Source: Diadema antillarum (taxonomy: Eukaryota). From it: 64,000 bases of DNA. This document shows, one piece after another, positions 37,334 through 51,243 of this stretch; the stretch's first letter is position 1, and each line of letters begins with the position of its first letter. Both the position numbers and the translations under genes were made by a program. Below the pieces are notes generated by a model. That model did not search any database. It saw only the letters and a list, made by a program, of their open reading frames with translations, and had not been told where the DNA came from. The stretch is taken from assembly GCF_040938485.1 (NCBI RefSeq), contig NW_027270918.1, positions 6,138,001 to 6,202,000 on the forward strand, in the 5' to 3' direction.

Positions 37334-39403
37334 TTCACTTGCATTCAGTTTTGGAAGACAATATTATCCTAAGAAGACCAATTTAGCTCTTTGATTCTCC
37401 TGCTATTCCTCTTGTAAACATGCAGCTGTGAAACCGATTTATGTGTAAAAACTAGGCTAATTGATCAATCTGATGTTGATGATATTTATCGCTATCTTAC
37501 CTTTATTCTCATTAATAATGTAACGATAAAAACATCTTGATGATAAGCGTTATCATTTGCTATTATTATTTGGTTATCATCATCATTATATTTTCAGCTA
37601 TTATGGTTTACCTATAGGGACGAAATATGATAATCTTGATATGCTGAGGTGCAGAATCATGGTCATGCACTGGTAGATACCATGCTATTTAGTGTCCTTG
37701 GCTTGCATGCTATACGACAGTAGAAGCAGAAAACGTGTATAGCCAGGTCATAATCATTTGTCATTATTATTGACGCCATACTGTTCTATGTTGTTGTCAT
37801 CGTTTATATCATTGTTAAATCTATAACTGCTGGCAAGAGCAATATCTACCACAATGGTAATGATTTGAACAAGCTTATCATTTTATTTGCTCATTATTAA
37901 GTAGGCCTACACATATTTTCTGGAGAAATTAGATTCCCCTTCTGGTTACGTCACACTATTTGTTTGTGTTGTTTTTTTGTTTTGTTTGTTTTGTTTGTTT
38001 TTGCTTTCAGTCCTCGATGTGCTGTATATCTTAAATACGAGCGTGGGGTAGATGAAGTTCGATGAGGGGAAAGTCAAGTCACAGTTCGTGGACCTATTGT
38101 GCGAATTATAAAACCAAATATGTCATATTCACGGTTAGTGCGTGTGTTTGGGTATTATTTGACTATATTAAATCGGGTTAGTCAAATACCGGTTAGTGAT
38201 TGACTAAACACAGTCACGTGATGGAGGCACATTGGTTATGTCGCCCATGGGCAGAACATTTTTGTAATGGTCTCCCCATGGGAAAACATTTTCACGTAAC
38301 AAATGGACCCGAGCGCGCACAGTGAATTTGGCTCTGCGCGAGCGATCGAGTGCGTTGTGCTGGTGGTTGACGTTGACGTATTTGACTGACCCGTATAATA
38401 GAACAGATGATGACTTTTGTTGTTGGGAACATGTACCAAAGTTTGAAATGCTATTTCGGGAGGCTGCCCTCGACTTCGTCTCGGGACTTATAACCTCCCT
38501 CATAGCATTTCAAACCCTTCGGGTGGAACATTCGGTATGTTCCCTCTCCCGCCAGTCATCATTATGTTCAAATGTACAGAATATTAATGTTGAATGTACT
38601 ATCTCTCGTTGTATAGGAGAGGCAGCTACAATATGGTTCTTCAAAAAAAGATAAACATTTAATAATCACACAACAAAACCCATGACTCTCCTAGAGTTTT
38701 ACCGGCGGAGATTCTTGCGGGGATGGGTGGGATACCATCTACCCTTAAAATTGACCCCTCCCCTCGTTGGTCAGCAAACCTCCCCATTTGCGCTACAGAT
38801 TTTCGTATAGTTTTTAGTTGTATATAGTAGGTAGTACATTGCTTTGTAACAAGAAGGAGACGAAGTTTCATTTTTGTTTGGCGAAGAATTTGGTGTCTGT
38901 CCAGTCTCTCCTCCGAAAGTTTCAGTTTCATTATGTATCATCTTTTACGAGTCCCAGTATGACCCCAAATTATTTTAATTGAGACAATCAGAAGAAATGA
39001 AAATGAATGTCCCCCTATTCCCATTAAACAAAACTTTAAACGGATGAAGAATTTATAGCTTTCGACTTTGCAATGTCATCAAGTTGCTGCTTTTGATCTT
39101 TCGATGGTGGAGTGTACGCGAATCGCCTTTTTTTTTTTTTTTGAGGGGTGGATGGGATATTTTTGATTTGTTTAAGTTCATGCCTTCTTTCGTTAATGTA
39201 AACATGATACAGACGCGAAAGCTCCTGTATCTTGAATCAATGCAAAATGGGCAACACGTCAAACATATTTAGTGTGAGAGATGAATAGCATTAAACATGA
39301 TCATTCATAATACACTAAGAAAAGAGGTTGGTATAATGGGTATTAAAAGCCCGAAAGCATCACTTTGCTGATAGCCACGGAGAGTTTTTTTTTTTTTTCC
39401 AGC

Positions 39404-40033
39404 ATGATGTGATGTGATGTGATGTGATGTGATACGATATGATACGATATGATACGATACGATATGATACGATATGATATAATAATGACATGATATGTGA
39501 TATATGATAGGATATGATACGATGTGATATAATACGACATGATATGATATGATATGATGTGATTTGTTATATGATACGATATGATATGATATGGTACGAT
39601 ATGATATGATACGATGTGATTTGATACGTTATGATATGATACGACACGATACGATACGATATGATATGAATCGATGTGACATGATGTGATATGATACGAT
39701 GTGATGTGATACGATGTGATGTGATATAGGATGTGATATAAGTGATGTGATACGATGTGATATGATACGATGTGATGTGATATACAATGAGATGTGATAC
39801 GATGTGATATGATATACGATGTGGTGTGATTACGATGTGATGTGATATACGATGTGATGTGATATGATGTGATGTGAAACGATGTGATGTGTTGACGATG
39901 TGATGTGATACGATGTGTGTGATGCGATGTGATGTGATACGATGTGATGTGATGTAATATGATGTGATATGATTATGATATGACATGATATGATATGACA
40001 GATAATATGATATGATGTGATATGTTATGATAT
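39404..40033. repeat. Pentanucleotide satellite (GATAT/GATGT/GATAC)n, ~630 bp
   Basis: Directly visible degenerate 5-bp periodicity. Confidence 0.95.
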
Positions 40034-40988
40034 CATAAACTATCATAGGTAGAGATCGACATCAGCGGTGGCCCAGTGGCCCTGGGCTACTAAAAAACTG
40101 ATGTTTGGGCCACCAAACTTTCAACAAGGTTATCTTTTTGGTAGCCCGATCGGGCAGCTAATGTTAAAAAAATAAACTTTGATATTTTCCCTTTTCGTCG
40201 GAACACTACAATTTTTGGGGTATAAAAAATTTCAGATTAAAAAGATCTTAGTAGCCCAAATGGACCACCAGAGGCAAAAAAAAAAAATATGTATATACAA
40301 TGATAGACGATATGGTAGACGATATGATAGACGATGTATGATTTTGATAAATGATAATGATAATGAATAACATTTATATAGAGCGTAAATACTGATGTTT
40401 TCTAAGCGCATCAAATCCGGGGGAAAAAATCCGGGGAAAAAAAGGGAGTGAGAATGGAATATGTATGTTACGATATATTATGGCATGATGCAATATTGTA
40501 ATATGACACAATTTTTGCATAACCTTGCATAAAGGCATTACGTAATGATAACTTTTTCTCCCCCATGAGCGTTAATCAACTTGCAGATCTTACCTTGTAA
40601 GGGATTTTCTGTTAGCATGAGATGCATGCATGACAGAAGCTTCAGTTTTTACACATTTTCAGCGTGTTGACATTCCGTCGCACTGTTCTAATTCAGCGAG
40701 AGAGAGAGAGAGAGGGGGGGGGGGGGAGGTACGGGGCTATTATCATGAAAGTTAAATAATGATTGAAAAGGCATGTAATTTTTGGCGTCAAAGTTGTCAA
40801 CTATACCTTCTCGCTTGCACAGTGGTGCGTGAGTAATGCGTTATTATACACTACTTGGTGTTTTAGTTTATACTGTCGTTGAACAAGCTGGGATCGTCAC
40901 GGTACCTTTGACAAAAAATTTGTATCTAATCCCTTCTCTTTCGTTCTCCGATCGTTTACCTGTCATTACCGGTATGTCTCTCCCCCCC

Positions 40989-41039
<51 letters not shown>

Positions 41040-41389
41040 CCTCTCCCCCTCTCCCCCTCTCTCTCCCTCTTCAGCTTCCCTTTTACAGTTTTTCATTCTA
41101 CTCTATGGATGTTTTCCGAGACTATAACTAAAGCTAATGTTATATTAATCAATTATACCTCTCATGGTCTTCATAACTGTTATTGTTTACAGGGTTTACA
41201 TGTTTATAACTTTACATCGAAACGTGTTCTTCTACTTTGCATGCACTTCACTTGTGTGATCTGTGGGTTGTATTGCTACTATTCTGTGATTTACATTTTA
41301 AATGTATTTACTTTTAGATACCCAAGTATCAGATGGTATGTTTCCCAAGTATGTGTATATCAGGCCCGGAAATGCCCATACAGAAGTAA

Positions 41390-42290
41390 GCAAATTTCAA
41401 ATATCTTCTCCAGATTACGACGTAAAATATCATAGTAATATAACCATGCTTGGATGCTCTTTAAATTGACGCAAAGAATAGCACATGGCAGTGACAGTGG
41501 TGGTGCGGTTGGACATCCACATACACCTTTTTCCAGAATCAGGGCCACTGGGATGTCAACGTATAATAAGTGCACTCAAATTAAAGATCCAAAGCGCCGA
41601 TTACACGCCTATATCTTCTTCAGAACAGCACACTCTTAGTGACGTTGTGTTTAAAAGGTATTCATACGGGGGGAGGGGGAGTTAACAGGTTTGCATACAA
41701 GAAGTAGCAACACTGTGATAGGCCTAAGTTTTGATCATCTTTATATCCAAACATCCAAAGTGCCGAATACAGGCGGATAATAATCCTGTCCAGATCAAGG
41801 AGGCACTCTTGTGGCATTGTATTTAATATTGTTACATAAAGGGGGAAAGTTAAGAGGTTTACAGTAACACTGTAATAAGATTTGATCATCATCTCTGTAT
41901 CCAAACATCAAAGTGCCGAATACATCTATATCTTCTCCAGATCAAGGAGAAGGAGGGCACTCTCAGTGGCATTGCGTTTTAATACTCGATGTAATTAGTA
42001 CATAAAAGGGAAAAGTTTAAGAGTTTTGCAGCAATCCTGTAAGTTTGGATCATTATCACTCGATCACTTGTCGATGCAAACATCTTATAAGGGCCAATTC
42101 CATACAGATATCTTCTCCAGATCAGTGATAGGAGGACACTCTTGGCACCATGTTGAAGTATAGTGACGTAAGGGAAAAGGTTAAGAGTCTCACGGAGGTA
42201 TACAAACAAAATAATGTTTGTTTGTACCTCCGTGTTAAGAGTTTCAGACAACGCTATAAGTTTGGGTCTTCATCTCTCAATCTGTAGTTA
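41390..42290. repeat. Highly degenerate tandem array, unit ~150-180 bp
   Basis: ATATCTTCTCCAG-like motif at ~41401, 41611, 41780, 41928 and 42108; recurring CCAAACATC.AAAGTGCCGAATACA and AAGTTAAGAG. Confidence 0.65.
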
Positions 42291-43645
42291 AACTCTATTT
42301 TGTGTTGGGTATACTATTATCGTCAAAGAATAATATATTTCATGCAATTCTCTTTATCTTACATAATAGATAGTAATTTTTCTCTATAGTATGCTTAAAT
42401 TGTACTTTGGGCGCTATTATCGGTAATGTATCATCTATTGCAAATCTTTCTGTCCCGTATAATTGAAACTGTATTTTGTGTAAAATAGGTAGAAATAATC
42501 CAGTGTAATATTCTTTGTGAGGACCCTGGAGAGATAGCTACTATACACCATCAAGAGGCATTACTACAGCGAAATTGGAAACTCATTTAATGACTTAAAT
42601 TAAGATATTCTTTTTTAATCCTAGCCCGACTACAGTCTCTTTGTCTACCTATTTCTCTGTCACTACCTACCTCAATAGGTTGACATTAATGTGGTTTCAT
42701 TTCGTGAATTTGTTGTGCGTCAGTTGTCATTAATGGTTTATTGGGTCATTCACAATTCGATGTTTCTAATTTGGTTATAATACTTCTGTCTGCCCGTGTC
42801 GTGATACTTTTCAGACATTCTCTGGCTTCGGATCGATGTGAAGATTCGATCGCTTGACATTTTTCACTGTTGGAGGTAGATCATACCAGCGATGATGGAA
42901 GTATCATAGTATCCAAGGTAACGAAGGTTTCTCGGAGTATGATAGCTACCTCGAATAGCTGGAGATAATGACTCTCCCTCGTATACAGAAACTTCGCCAA
43001 GTCACTCAAATGTCTGTGAATATGGTCCATTATCTACATCGACAGAAGAGGTATATAGCGATGTAGCGATTTGTAATGGGCTTCGGGCTGGCTGAATGTT
43101 ATTGGAAAGCTTGTTGTCTTTTTTTATATTTCGAGCGGTCTTTTTCTTTCTTTCTTTTTTGCCACAATGAATGAGTTAATAAAAGCCATCGCAAGATCTG
43201 GCTTGACTTGAATTCACGATAGGTTATCCGATGATGTATTCACCCATGGATGTGTGCCGTTTGGAAGGCAAAGGGGCGTTTTGTTTTGTTTTCTAGTTGT
43301 GTCCCACGTTTTTTGTTTTCTTCTTTTTCAGATTCAATATTTGAAATGTATACTAAGTACTGCCAGACTGCAGCCAATCATGATTCATGCATAACTTAAG
43401 CAGGCTTATCCCAATATATTACTGGTGAAGTTGACTTACTGTATAATTGCTTTCCTCTGTTTCAAGAGTTGGTAGCGTCCACGTAAGAAAGACAATGTGT
43501 CGTATAAAGTCTAACGCTGGTCATGATTAGGCAAGTCACGAAAATTGCACTGCAGAGAAAAACGTGGGTATGAGTGTCAGGAGCAGTATGCATATTTCAT
43601 AAAACATTGAAATCCAAACTGACACGATTTCGAGATCATATACAT

Positions 43646-43814
43646 CAGGGGAGGATCCAGGAACTCTGTAAAGGGGGGGGGGGGAGGTGCGTGACTAATA
43701 TTTCTGGTGGCACTTCCGGGTTTCATTTCATTTTTTTCTTTTTATTTCCTTTGTTTTTCACGAAAAATAAGGGGGGAGCGTGCGCCGGGGGCGCCCCCTC
43801 TGGATCCGCCACTG
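43646..43814 (-). mobile_element. MITE, same CAGTGGCGGATCCAG family, reverse orientation
   Basis: CAGGGGAGGATCCAG...CTGGATCCGCCACTG; 5-bp duplication TACAT. Confidence 0.8.
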
Positions 43815-46800
43815 TACATTCTCATATTGCCTGATTTTTGTTTCCATTCGAGGATTATATACGTGCTGCACTTTTGACGATGACATGTTGAAGAATTCCA
43901 TGACTCATGTCGTGTCATGTCACGATGCTGCTTAAAGTACCCCAACATCCCCTCTTGCTTTTTATCTTGCAAACTCTCGAAATTTCTGTCATGATTATGA
44001 CGTAGACTCGAAGTAATTTATTAGGTAGCATGTTAGCAAATCTATTTCTGCCTACTTTTGAAGGTATAAACACTTATGATCACTTTAAAGCTATATATAG
44101 CATAATTTTGGAATCAATCTCCTTTAATGTTAGGCCAATGGAGTGGTGGCTTTTTCACGTCACCACGGGAAAATTAAAAGGGAGGCCGTATCATGGATCA
44201 CAAAAAAATATTGAAGAAGCAAAGGCCATTGAATTGACGTCTAATATGGATAGAATCTTCTAATTGGGTTGTTGATTCTTGCACAGGGGAATCTATTTAT
44301 TAGGCAAATCAGGGTAATTCCGTTTCAATTTAAACCTCATCAGACATAATCATGATTATCTTTGTATTTAGGGAGAAAGATTTGCGGTGACACCATGTGT
44401 ATGTAGTCCTTACAGGATCATTGCTTGGCAGAAGAGCCTAGAAAGAGGAGAATTGAAGAGGGAAGCGACATATGTGGGCTGTAAGAAGGGCAAAAAGTGA
44501 AGAGTGATGGGGGACAGTAATGGGCTAGAAGTTAAAGTTGCACTAGTGGAGACGGTAGAGAAAGGAACAGAGGGAGTGGTAAGGAAGAATAGAGTGAGAA
44601 TCAAGTAAGATGTTCGGAAATCGTTAGAAGGGGAAAGATGAAATAGAAGGGAAGATGAGTGTGTTAAGAGAGAGGAGCTGAATGTTGGAAAATCATGGAG
44701 ATAGGAGAGAGAAGTGAAGATTCATGAAACCAAGAGAAGAACGAGGTCGGCGAACAGTGTGGACTATGGAATACGGAATCAATGGAGAAAGGACGAATAA
44801 TCCCGCGAAAGAAAGGTAAGTCGAGGAGAGATGAGACTATGAGAGAAGGGAGAGAGAGAAAAAAAGGGAAAGAAAACAAAGAAAAGAAGAAGAAGAAAAA
44901 TTTAAATTTAAATCGCAAATCGCGAATCTTTCTCCATCATATATTTCACCATGCAAACCTTCAAACAACACATATCTTTGTATTATTCTTCCGAAACAAT
45001 AATGAAACAATCTTTTCTCTACTTCGGTGTGATGTAAAAAGAATACCACTTCTCGCCGCCGACGTGGCAGGGATTTTATTTCTATGAATAATTACCTAGA
45101 TAAGTTATGTAAAAAAACATAGCGTAATTTGCAGTCCAATACTGTAATAGAGTTATATAAAGCAGACGATGAACGTTCGCTTAAAAAAACAATAACAACA
45201 ATTTGGCATATCGTGTCAGAATAATTCTCTGCGTCGCCTTCGCGTAATATTTTAGTATTTGTATTATTACAGTTCGTTTAAAACCCAAAACACTTTGTCA
45301 TATTGCGTCGTAGTTATTCTCTGTGTAAGCCTTCATGTAATATTTAAGATTTTGCATTACAGTGCACTATACTTAAGAGCAAATGCATGAAATATATATC
45401 CAATATATCTCTGTAAAGATGAAAATGAGCCTACGCCCTGCATATGAGTTACATTAACGTTTGTATGGCATAGAGAAGTTAATACTACCTACAAAGGGTA
45501 TTATATAGGATTGCGGACATTTTACGCCACTAGAAGAGCAGTGCACCCTTTTGCCTTTTAACCAACACACTGAGAGGATTAGCCAAACAGTAGGAAGGAT
45601 TTCCGTACGTCAATCAAGCCTTTTAAGATGTATGCTAACCACTTCTTGGGGATTTAGACCGCCTCTTTTCTCCTGTGTGCCGTGAAATGGTCCATATAGG
45701 TTAATAACCTGCAACAAATATTAAAAGAACATCATTATACCGTGCTCTTGAGAAACTCTGGTTGAAATTTTGATTCCGAGATGGAAGAATAGCATTTTTT
45801 TAATGAGGGGTGCAGCCCGGTGAAAATTGTAAGATTTCTGTCACCCAAGAATTCGTAACTCCGTTAATATCTCGAAAATGATATATGTTTTATATCTCCC
45901 CCAACGAATTTTATAATAGTGAAAGTGTTTAAATGACATTGTTCAGGCATTGCAGTGCAGATGATCAGTGTAATACGCAGTGGTTTGTAAGGCCAATATC
46001 GATAGCACTTTACTTTATCTATTGCTCGATCTCCTAAATGTCGACATTGATGGTATAGTGCGCCATATTACGAATGTCGTCAAGGTATAGCACATATTTC
46101 TCCATTGGCACTTTGCCTTTAGCATCATAGCAATGTTATCCTTGGTCACATGACGCTATATGGAGAGCTTACTTCCAAAAGGCGATAAATCCATTGAAAA
46201 TGATGGATTTAGCTCACTTAGAAGGAACCCGTTTGTAAGGGTATAATTTAGAATTGATCACCATGTGCTTTTTCGGCGCACTGTTACTATTTGGAAGTGA
46301 CCGCTGGAGAAATCTCAAAGAGGTCCTTTGATATAATTTTCCTCCGTATAGAAGGTATTTTTATCTTATAGAGAAAAATCAGACAGCAAAGGATCCTCTT
46401 CAAGAGGCAAGAGAAGACATAACACTCGGGCTCTGTGCCCTTTTTCCTGTGCAACAGTATATAAGTCATGTATTATACCTTGGGAAAAATAGGGAGAAGT
46501 ATCATAAACCAAAAATATTCTTTGTAATCATTTACCTAGCCAAATACCTTTGACATATTGTAAGTCTCCAAATATCAAATTTGTGTATTCGTGGCAGATC
46601 CGGTTGCCAATTATAGGCGAATGGGTTAGACTGAGAATAACTGAAGTGAAAACGTTTTGCTGTCATTGTTTATGAGCTCTCCGACATTTCCACGGCAATC
46701 ATTATTATCACCGGACGACCAATACAACGGCTGATACAAGAGTAACCTTCAAACACATGAAATAGTAATTATGACAAGTTAGTCAAGGCAATTATCGTGC

Positions 46801-47367
46801 AAATTGAATGGGTTTATTCTGTCTTGAACTGAGTAAAGAGGTAAACAATACATGATATTCTTCTATGATATCTTCTGTGCAGACATGTAAATTGCCACAT
46901 CAATGAAACATGAGAAATGTGCTCAAAAAGGTACCACAGTCACACAGCAATAAGACTAATTAAGAACACAATGCGCATATTGTATCCAAAATGTATGACA
47001 AAAAAAGAAGAAAAAACCCACAAAGCTTTAGAACTGTTTCAGTTCTGATAAAACTCTTCGATAACATAACGATTCTGCGATTACAGACCGTTATCAAGAA
47101 GGCTCATTATCATGGAGGTTCGTTAATCTGAACATGGAGTCAGATTCGCTTTTCCGGAAGTTTGTTACTCTGAAGGCAGGTTCGTTATTTCGGGAAAGAA
47201 AATAAGGTTCGTACTCCCGACGGTTTGTTAGTACTCGTATTCTTTTAATTTTCGGAATAACATACTCTCTTTTCTTTTCTTTTCTTTTTCTTTTCGGATT
47301 AAGGAATTTCGGAATGACGAACCTTATATCATTTTCGGATAAACGAACCTCCGGAAAAATGAACCTA

Positions 47368-47908
47368 CACTACAAAAAGTCCGGTGTTAAATATGAAACA
47401 CCGAGCTAAATTTAAATTTCCGGCGCTCATTTATGGTGTTAGATTAACACCTCCGGGTGTCATTTCAAAATATCAAATTGTTTTTTGAAGAGTTTCTTAC
47501 TTACTGCACTTCTTGTTGATTTTGAACTTCAACAAGACGATCAAGAATTTTCCGATAAAGTACTTGATTTTTGAAGAACAATAATAATGTGTAAACACAT
47601 TTACACCACTGTAACATCAGTTGGTGTCGTCTCCTATTGAAGCTGGACGGGTGTTATACCATTGACATTAACACCAGCAATATCAAAGTATCACCATGCG
47701 GTGTCATTATTGACTTAACACCAGCGCAGTGTCAAAAATATCACCAGCTATACAGTGTCAAGTTAACACCACGAAGTGCCAGGTGAACACTTTTCAACAC
47801 CATCACAATACATTTTCTCCCCCTGTGGGTGTGGTCCTCTATTGACGCTTGATCGGTGTTCGATTTAACACTCATGGTGTTAAATCTAACACCGATAATT
47901 TTACAGTG
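47368..47908 (+). mobile_element. CACTA/EnSpm-type non-autonomous element, copy A (~540 bp)
   Basis: Ends are CACTACAAAAA / ATTTTACAGTG, with TA on both sides and many AACACC/GGTGTT subterminal repeats. It aligns by eye with four other copies. Superfamily is inferred from the termini. Confidence 0.75.
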
Positions 47909-48060
47909 TAGGGAATACCGTCATATCATTATCGAGCCCCTTTACATTTTCGGATTTCGAACATTCTATGCATACACGGAGCTTTGGTGCTTCGGAATTA
48001 CAAACCTTCGGAATTAAAGAACCTCCGGAATAACGAACATCACCCATTTCTGGACAATTA

Positions 48061-48584
48061 CACTGCAAAAAGTCCGGTGTTAAATAAGACACACCGAGCT
48101 GGTGTTAAATTTTTGGAGCTCATTTATGGTGTTAGATTAACACCTCCGGGTGTCATTTCAAAGTGTAATTTTTTTTTTTAATAGTTTCTTACTGCACTTC
48201 TTGTTGATTTTGAACTTCAACAAGATGATCAAGAATTTTCCGATAAAGTACTTGATTTTTGAAAAAAAAATGTGTAAACACATTTACACCACCGTAACAC
48301 CAGTTGGTGTCGTCTCCTATTGAAGCTGGACGGATGTTTTACCATTGACATTAACACCAGCAATATCAAATCAACACCATGCGGTGTCATTATTGAATTA
48401 ACACCAGCGCAGTGTCAAAGATATCACCAGATACAGTGTCAAACTAACACCACGAAGAGCCAGGTGAACACTTTTCAACACCATCACAATACATTTTCTA
48501 CATCTGTGGGTGTAGTCTTCTATTGACACTTGATCGGTGTTAGATTTAACACCCATGGCGTCAATTCTAACACCGATGTTTCTA
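48061..48584 (+). mobile_element. CACTA/EnSpm-type non-autonomous element, copy B (terminal CAGTG missing at the junction with copy C)
   Basis: Starts TA|CACTGCAAAAAGTCCGGTGTTAAA; same internal sequence as copy A. Confidence 0.75.
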
Positions 48585-49114
48585 CACTGTAAACACATCG
48601 GTGTTCGATTTAACACCATGGGTGTTAAATCTAACACCGATCAAGTGTTAATAGAGGACCACACCCACAGGTGTAGAAAATGCACTGTGATGGTGTTGAA
48701 AAGTGTTCACCTGACACTTCGTGGTGTTAATTTGACACCGTACCTGGTGATATTTTGACACTGTACTGGTGTTAATTCAAAAATGACACCACATGGTGTT
48801 GATTTGATATTTGTTGGTGTTAATATCAATGGTTTAACACCCGTCCAGCTTCAATAAGAGACCACACCAGCTGGTGTTACTGTGGTGTAACTTTATTTTC
48901 ACATTTTTTCAAAAATCTAGTATTTTAATGTAAAATTCTTGATCGTCTTCTTTAAATTAAAAATCAACTAGAAGTGCAGTTACTAAGAAACTCTTCAAAA
49001 ACAGTTTTATATTTGGAAATGACACCCGGAGGTGTTAATTTAACACCATAAATGAGCACCGAAAATTTAACACCAGCTCGGTGTTCACTATTTAACACCG
49101 GACTTTTTGCAGTG
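48585..49114 (-). mobile_element. CACTA/EnSpm-type non-autonomous element, copy C (inverted, abutting copy B)
   Basis: TA|CACTGTAAAC...GGACTTTTTGCAGTG|TA; reverse complement of copies D and E. Confidence 0.75.
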
Positions 49115-49690
49115 TATACAGAAATTGCAAAATTCAGCACCCCGCATTGTTACCCTTACCAGGAGAAATACTCACATTACCTCTGTTTTGTCCTCATTGC
49201 ACTGGTTACCTGTTGAATCTCGCATTGTATTTAAACTGTTCCTATTTATTTGTTTTTCATTGCATACACGGATCTGCCCCCAGAGTACAATGTTAATCTA
49301 CTGACATTTTATAATCCTTCCAGATGTTTAAGGGTCATCCGATTGTAGATTGCTTGTTGTTCCAAAAACGAAGAAATCATGGGGGGATCGGTCATTTGCA
49401 CATGCTGGACCTCACTGTGGAATCAGTTGCCTCAAGCTATCCGTCACATTTCGAATGTTGACTCCTTTAAAGTTGCCCTCAAGACTCATTTGTTCATGAC
49501 CATTTTCCAGTAGAATTGTATATTATGATGCATATTTTTTTCATTATCATTATTGTGTCGTTCATTTTCATGTGCATGTTTGTGTAAGGATTTTTGTATT
49601 TCATAACTTACTTCTTCTACTGCGCCTTGAGCACGTTAATTATGTGGAACTGGCGCATTATAAGTACCCTGTATTGTTATTATTATTATA
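49115..49690 (+). mobile_element. Degraded 3' fragment of an L2-clade LINE
   Basis: IQKLQNSA.RIVT...HITSVL..LHWLPVESRI.FK, then frameshifted LLVVPK..WGDRSF..AGP..WN.LP..FK..LKTHLF. The 3' UTR ends in GCGCCTTGAG...GCGCATTATAAGT...(TAT)n. Confidence 0.8.
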
Positions 49691-50712
49691 ATGGGGGTGT
49701 GCATATGAGCGCACGAGAGACGAAAAAAACAAAACCAATCTTTATGTTAGATTCGATCATTTTGGTGGCTTAAGATAAATACCACAGCACATTCCAGCAC
49801 CAATATCATAATTATGACGACTCAATATTCGTTAATTTAAAGAAAAAGAACTACGGCGAATAGATGTGTAAAGAAACTACTAAGTGTAAGAACAAATTAT
49901 GTGATCCAGTTTACATGTGCCTGTGCAACATCAAATATCAAAAAATTGCTGATAGCCCATCATAAACAGGTTGTTTGATCGTCAGCGAAATGACTTACCG
50001 CCGAATTCCACACAAGAAAGGCGCAAAATATGGAAAATTGGGTGTAGAACCAATACAACTGCTGTACATGAAAAACCGGTTGAAAATGATCGAGTGTGGT
50101 GATGGGGTAGGGAGGGGGCCCGTTTCACCTGCGGCGGTTTCCCATTAGCATACACCATTAATATCGGCATAGGAAACTTAGTTTGATTCACTTGGGATAC
50201 ATATATGCATGTAAAGTAGCACCGTTAGCTGGGTTTCTGGGACACACAACCTTTATTACTACTCCTCTTAATGTCCTCTTCCAGAGAGAGACACCTCTTT
50301 GTACGGATATGATCCATTCGTCAAAATGACATCTCTGGGATATTTTTCTGCATATTTTTATGAAACGGAATTCTCATGCATTGTATCCCATTTCTAAAGA
50401 CTCGAGACCGTTCCATTGGAGATACATGCATCACTCAAAGTTAGCAACCACTCTATTACACCTTGAAAAGGTTTACCACTATCCCAAACAAAAGGTCTTC
50501 TTGTCTGACACCAGCAAATAGCAATGCTTCGCAAGGATCATCACTGTACAAAAGGATAGAATATCTAATAAAGGGAAACCTTTTGCAGTAAAATGTAAAT
50601 ATCACTTGCATTATGTGAAGATAATTATCTACAGCGGTATGTTAAAAGACATTACCATGTAACATTGTCAAAGACTTTTAGTGGAAACACAAATAAGAGG
50701 GTTTACGGGTTA

Positions 50713-51243
50713 CACTGCAAAAAGTCCGGTGTTAAATAGTGAACACCGAGCTGGTGTTAAATTTTCGATGCTCATTTATGGTGTTAAATTAACACCTATG
50801 GGTGTCATTTCCAAATTTTAAACTGTTTTTTGAAGAGTTTCTTAGTAACTGCACTTCTTGTTGATTTTTAATTTAAACAAGACGATCAAGAATTTTACAT
50901 TAAAATACTAGATTTTTGAAAAAATGTGAAAATACAGTTACACCAAAGTAACACCAGCTGGTGTGGTCTCTTATTGAAGCTGGACGGGTGTTAAACCATT
51001 GATATCAACACCAGCAAATATCAAATCAACACCATGTGGTGTCATTTTTGAATTAACACCAGTACAGTGTCAAAATAACACCAGGTACAGTGTCAAATTA
51101 ACACCACGAAGTGTCAGGTGAACACTTTTCAACACCATCAGAGTGCATATTTAACACCTGTGGGTGTGGTCCTTTATTGAAGTTTGATCGGTGTTAGATT
51201 TAACACCCGTGGTGTTAAATCTAACACCGATGTTTTTACAGTG
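50713..51243 (+). mobile_element. CACTA/EnSpm-type non-autonomous element, copy D (531 bp)
   Basis: TA|CACTGCAAAAA...TTTTTACAGTG|TA. Confidence 0.78.

Noticed and set aside
39567-40046. 159-aa His/Ile/Ser/Tyr-rich ORF
   Set aside because: Artefact of translating the pentamer satellite.
40836-41435. 199-aa ORF with polyproline and LS repeats
   Set aside because: Produced by (C)n(CT)n and AT-rich low-complexity sequence; no domain or splice support.
42770-43100. Coding-looking stretch (MDHIHRHLSDLAKFLYTRESHYLQLFE...)
   Set aside because: Under 50 codons, no convincing splice sites or family motif; a ~20-bp resemblance to ~45680-45700 may be chance.
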